In this document: in pieces, positions 16,965 through 19,364 of the stretch
Position numbering within the stretch: the first letter of the stretch is position 1
How the letters are laid out: every line of letters begins with the position of its first letter
DNA from: Candidatus Micrarchaeota archaeon
GTDB taxonomy: Archaea > Micrarchaeota > Micrarchaeia > Anstonellales > Bilamarchaeaceae
Length of the DNA: 19,364 bases
Assembly (NCBI GenBank): GCA_018304385.1
Contig: JAGVWJ010000046.1
Location: 1 to 19,364, forward strand
Direction of reading: 5' to 3'
Program-made: the position numbers and the translations under genes
Notes under the pieces: generated by a model
What the model was told of the DNA's origin: nothing
The model's database searches: none
Seen by the model: only the letters and a program-made list of their open reading frames with translations

Positions 16965-18309
16965 ATGCGCATTGTATTAATAGGGGGAGGAGCACGAGAG
17001 CATATAATAGCTGAAAAACTTGCAACAGATGATAATGAACTATTTGCAGTGATGCAAAGGAAAAACCCAGCAATAGCAATGCTTGCGAAAAAATATTTTA
17101 TATGTGATATAAATAATGCAGAGGCAGTTGCAAATTGCCTTAAAAATGAAGATATTGATGTTGGATTTGCTTCTCCCGATTCAACACTCGCTGCAGGTAT
17201 TAGCGATGCACTTGCAAAAATAGGCATACTTGTTGCATCACCATCAAAGGCAGCAGCACGCATTGAATGGGATAAAGAGTTTGCACGAACACTTATGACA
17301 AGGCATAAAATAAAGGGTTCTCCAGAGCATAAGCTAATTACGCATATTAATGATGCTGCAAAAGCAATCAAGGAATTTGAAGAGGTTGCGATTAAGCCAG
17401 TAGGTTTAACTGCTGGAAAGGGCGTGCGCGTAAGCGGTGATCACTTAAACAGCAACGAAGAAGCGCTTAATTACGCAAATGAACTGATAAAAAAACGAAG
17501 AAGCGCTTAATTACGCAAATGAACTGATAAAAAAGGATGGACGCGTGCTCATAGAAGAAAAACTAGAAGGGGAAGAGTTTAGCCTTCAGGCATTTTGCGA
17601 TGGTACTCGCATTGCTACTATGCCACCTGTACAAGATCACAAAAGGGCATTTGAAAAGGATGAAGGTCCGAACACTGGTGGTATGGGATCTTATAGTACA
17701 GGTAACTTGCTTCCGTTCATAGAAGAAAAAGATATTGAAGAAGCAACCAAAACAATGCAAAGTGTAATCCATGCAATGAAAAAAGATGGCATGCCATTTT
17801 GCGGCGTGCTTTATGGGCAGTTTATGGTTTGCAAACAAGGTTTGCGCTTAATAGAATTTAATGCAAGGTTTGGAGATCCAGAAGCAATGAATGTGCTTGC
17901 GCTTTTGGAAAACGATCTTAGTGACATATTATTATCAATTACTGATGGGCAGCTTGAATCGCCACAGTTTAAAGACGCAAGCACTGTTGTAAAATATATT
18001 GTACCAGAAGGTTATCCTGATAAACCAGTTGCTGATTCTCCAGTTGATGTAGATATTGAAAAAATAAAACATAATGGAGGAAAGGTTTATTTTGCAAGTG
18101 TTTATGAAAAGGATGGACGCGTTTATACGAGCGGTTCGCGTGCGTTTGCAACACTTGGTATTGGCGAGCATTTAGAAGATGCTGAAATGATCGCAGAGTA
18201 ATGCTGCAAATATGTTACTGGAAAGGTTTGGCATCGCAAAGATATAGGAACTAGAGAGCTAGTTGAGAGAAAAGTGGAACATGTACGAGCATTGGGCCGT
18301 GGGCCTTGA
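16965..18309 (+). pseudogene. purD: phosphoribosylamine-glycine ligase, disrupted by a 40-bp duplication and an in-frame TAA
   Basis: GGGAREH, AARIEWDK, KPVGLTAGKGV, EEKLEGEEFS, QDHKRAFE-GPNTGGMG, EFNARFGDPE, and HRKDIG after the stop. Repairing both lesions gives 434 codons. Confidence 0.9.
17454..17533 (+). repeat. perfect 40-bp tandem duplication (2 copies)
   Basis: AACGAAGAAGCGCTTAATTACGCAAATGAACTGATAAAAA at 17454-17493 and 17494-17533. Confidence 0.95.
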
Positions 18310-18330
18310 GCCATGGGCAGTGTGCGATGG
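18289..18330 (+). repeat. degenerate heptamer array (6 units)
   Basis: GCATTGG GCCGTGG GCCTTGA GCCATGG GCAGTGT GCGATGG, spanning the purD end and the spacer to the RT stop. Confidence 0.75.
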
Positions 18331-18336
18331 GTTGTT

Positions 18337-19364
18337 TTATTGCCCACTGAATAAATCATTAAACAGTAATATTATCTTATTCCTAAAATTATATGTATTG
18401 CCCATCTTAGCATAACCAAACCAGCCATTTAAGCTACAAAGAACTTGTTCATAAGTTATCTCTTTTCCATCGTATTTTATTCTTAGTTTTTCTAGACGTT
18501 TCAAAGCTCTTCGCATATTGCTTTTCTTCAGAAGTTTGTAGTAATAAAACATTCTAAAACCAAGCAAGGTCAAGCCTTTTCTAAGCAGTATGATACTTGA
18601 TTTTTGCGGATGAAGTTCGATTTGCAAATGTTGCCTGAGAAAAGTATCGATATAAAATTTCCACTCCTCCAGAACTCGTTTATTTCTGTGAAGAATTACA
18701 AAGTCATCAACGTACCTTAAGTAATATTTAGCTTTCAATTTATGTTTGACGAATAGGTCCAATTCATGCAGATAAACGTTAGCAAAAAATTGCGAGGTCA
18801 AATTTCCAAGTGGCATTCCTTTTCCAGGAATCTCGATTTTATGATTTTCAAGTATCTTTCTAATTAGCCAAAGCACATCTTGATCTTTAATTTTATTTTG
18901 AATTATATCTATAAGAGTTTCATGATCAACAGTTTCAAAATAATGTTTTATATCCGCTTTAAATGCATAACCAAGTATGGCATTACTATCTAACACTCTA
19001 GACTGAAAACTGGAAACCCATCTGCCCCCCCCCATTTTGATATTTTGCCGTTCCACGACAATTTTCTAAGAAAATGATCAAACCTTTTTAACGCAGCCAA
19101 TGTCCCCTTTCTTTTTTGATTTGCAAAGGAATCATAAATAAACTGCTTTTCGAATATTGGGCCGATGATATTGCATATTGCATGATGAACTACACGATCA
19201 CGAAAATGAGAAGCACTTATCCTTCTTGTTTTTGGATCACGAACAATAAAAGTAGTCAATGGAGATGGAGAATAAGTAAAATTCTCTAGTTCGCATTTTA
19301 ATTTTAGGAGATTATCATACAAATCTTTTTCGAATTCAATCACGTACGGTTTGCTTGTCTTTCT
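18337..19364 (-). CDS. reverse transcriptase, DGR type; 5' end beyond window; split by a frameshift at a G9 tract
   Basis: RKTSKPYVIEFEK (frame open to the edge), FRDRVVHHA, KADIKHYF, GMPLGNLTSQFFAN, YLRYVDDF, LLGFR. No maturase or endonuclease domain. Confidence 0.9.
19025..19033 (-). repeat. G9 homopolymer at the RT frameshift
   Basis: C9 on the + strand. G10 or G7 would join the two RT ORFs in frame (...SKWGGGRWVSSF...). Confidence 0.85.

Noticed and set aside
17454-17533. 40-bp repeat as a CRISPR remnant
   Set aside because: The copies are directly adjacent with no spacer, encode PurD sequence, and there are no cas genes.
17531-18122. 16-nt direct repeat AAAAGGATGGACGCGT (17531-17546 and 18107-18122) within purD
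   Set aside because: Both copies encode KDGRV in frame. A single 16-mer match in 19 kb is only marginally unexpected. Worth remembering only because it abuts the duplication.
18199-18201. Recoding (Sec, Pyl or alternative genetic code) at the purD stop
   Set aside because: The codon is TAA, which is not used for Sec or Pyl, and TAA terminates other genes here (e.g. 4920, 10468).
1-18336. DGR template or variable repeat within the window
   Set aside because: No ~100-nt near-duplicate with adenine-specific mismatches and no AAC-rich TR was seen by eye. The 32-nt shared element is too short and its mismatches are not A-specific.
419-18359. Short antisense or nested ORFs in the track (e.g. 1383..1733, 2470..2748, 11320..11658, 15172..15588, 16961..17371)
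   Set aside because: They lie wholly opposite or within well-supported genes and have no motifs or start signals; shadow ORFs.
18337-19364. RT as a group II intron or retron
   Set aside because: It has GMPLGNLTSQ rather than GxPQG, no maturase or endonuclease domain, no domain V/VI-like 3' structure recognised, and no retron VTG motif.

Overview
AT-rich archaeal-type window. Shine-Dalgarno-like GGTG(A/G) motifs, TTTAAA boxes, an archaeal-type PurD and a DPANN-style DGR reverse transcriptase suggest a DPANN archaeon, probably Micrarchaeota-like (inference). The left half holds housekeeping and orphan genes: three hypotheticals, leucyl aminopeptidase, flavin reductase, a geranylgeranyl-reductase-family enzyme, a Pro-rich lipoprotein, a PduO-type adenosyltransferase and a VapBC pair. 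The right half holds a putative Ced/VirB4-like membrane-translocation cluster split by an inverted MoxR-AAA + zincin-vWA cassette, a purD with two lesions, and a DGR-type RT cut by the window edge. Best leads: (1) the RT is broken exactly at a G9 tract, a candidate phase-variable or -1 frameshift switch for a DGR; (2) a dispersed family of degenerate GC-phased 7-mer arrays at three gene junctions; (3) a 32-nt GC-rich element read in the same frame (PGGxPPSATP) in two unrelated proteins; (4) an anti-SD/decoy RNA switch before the MoxR gene; (5) the MoxR/vWA-peptidase module and the Ced-like cluster. Four frame-breaking lesions cluster in the right half, so read-level validation is essential. 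No rRNA, tRNA or CRISPR array was seen.
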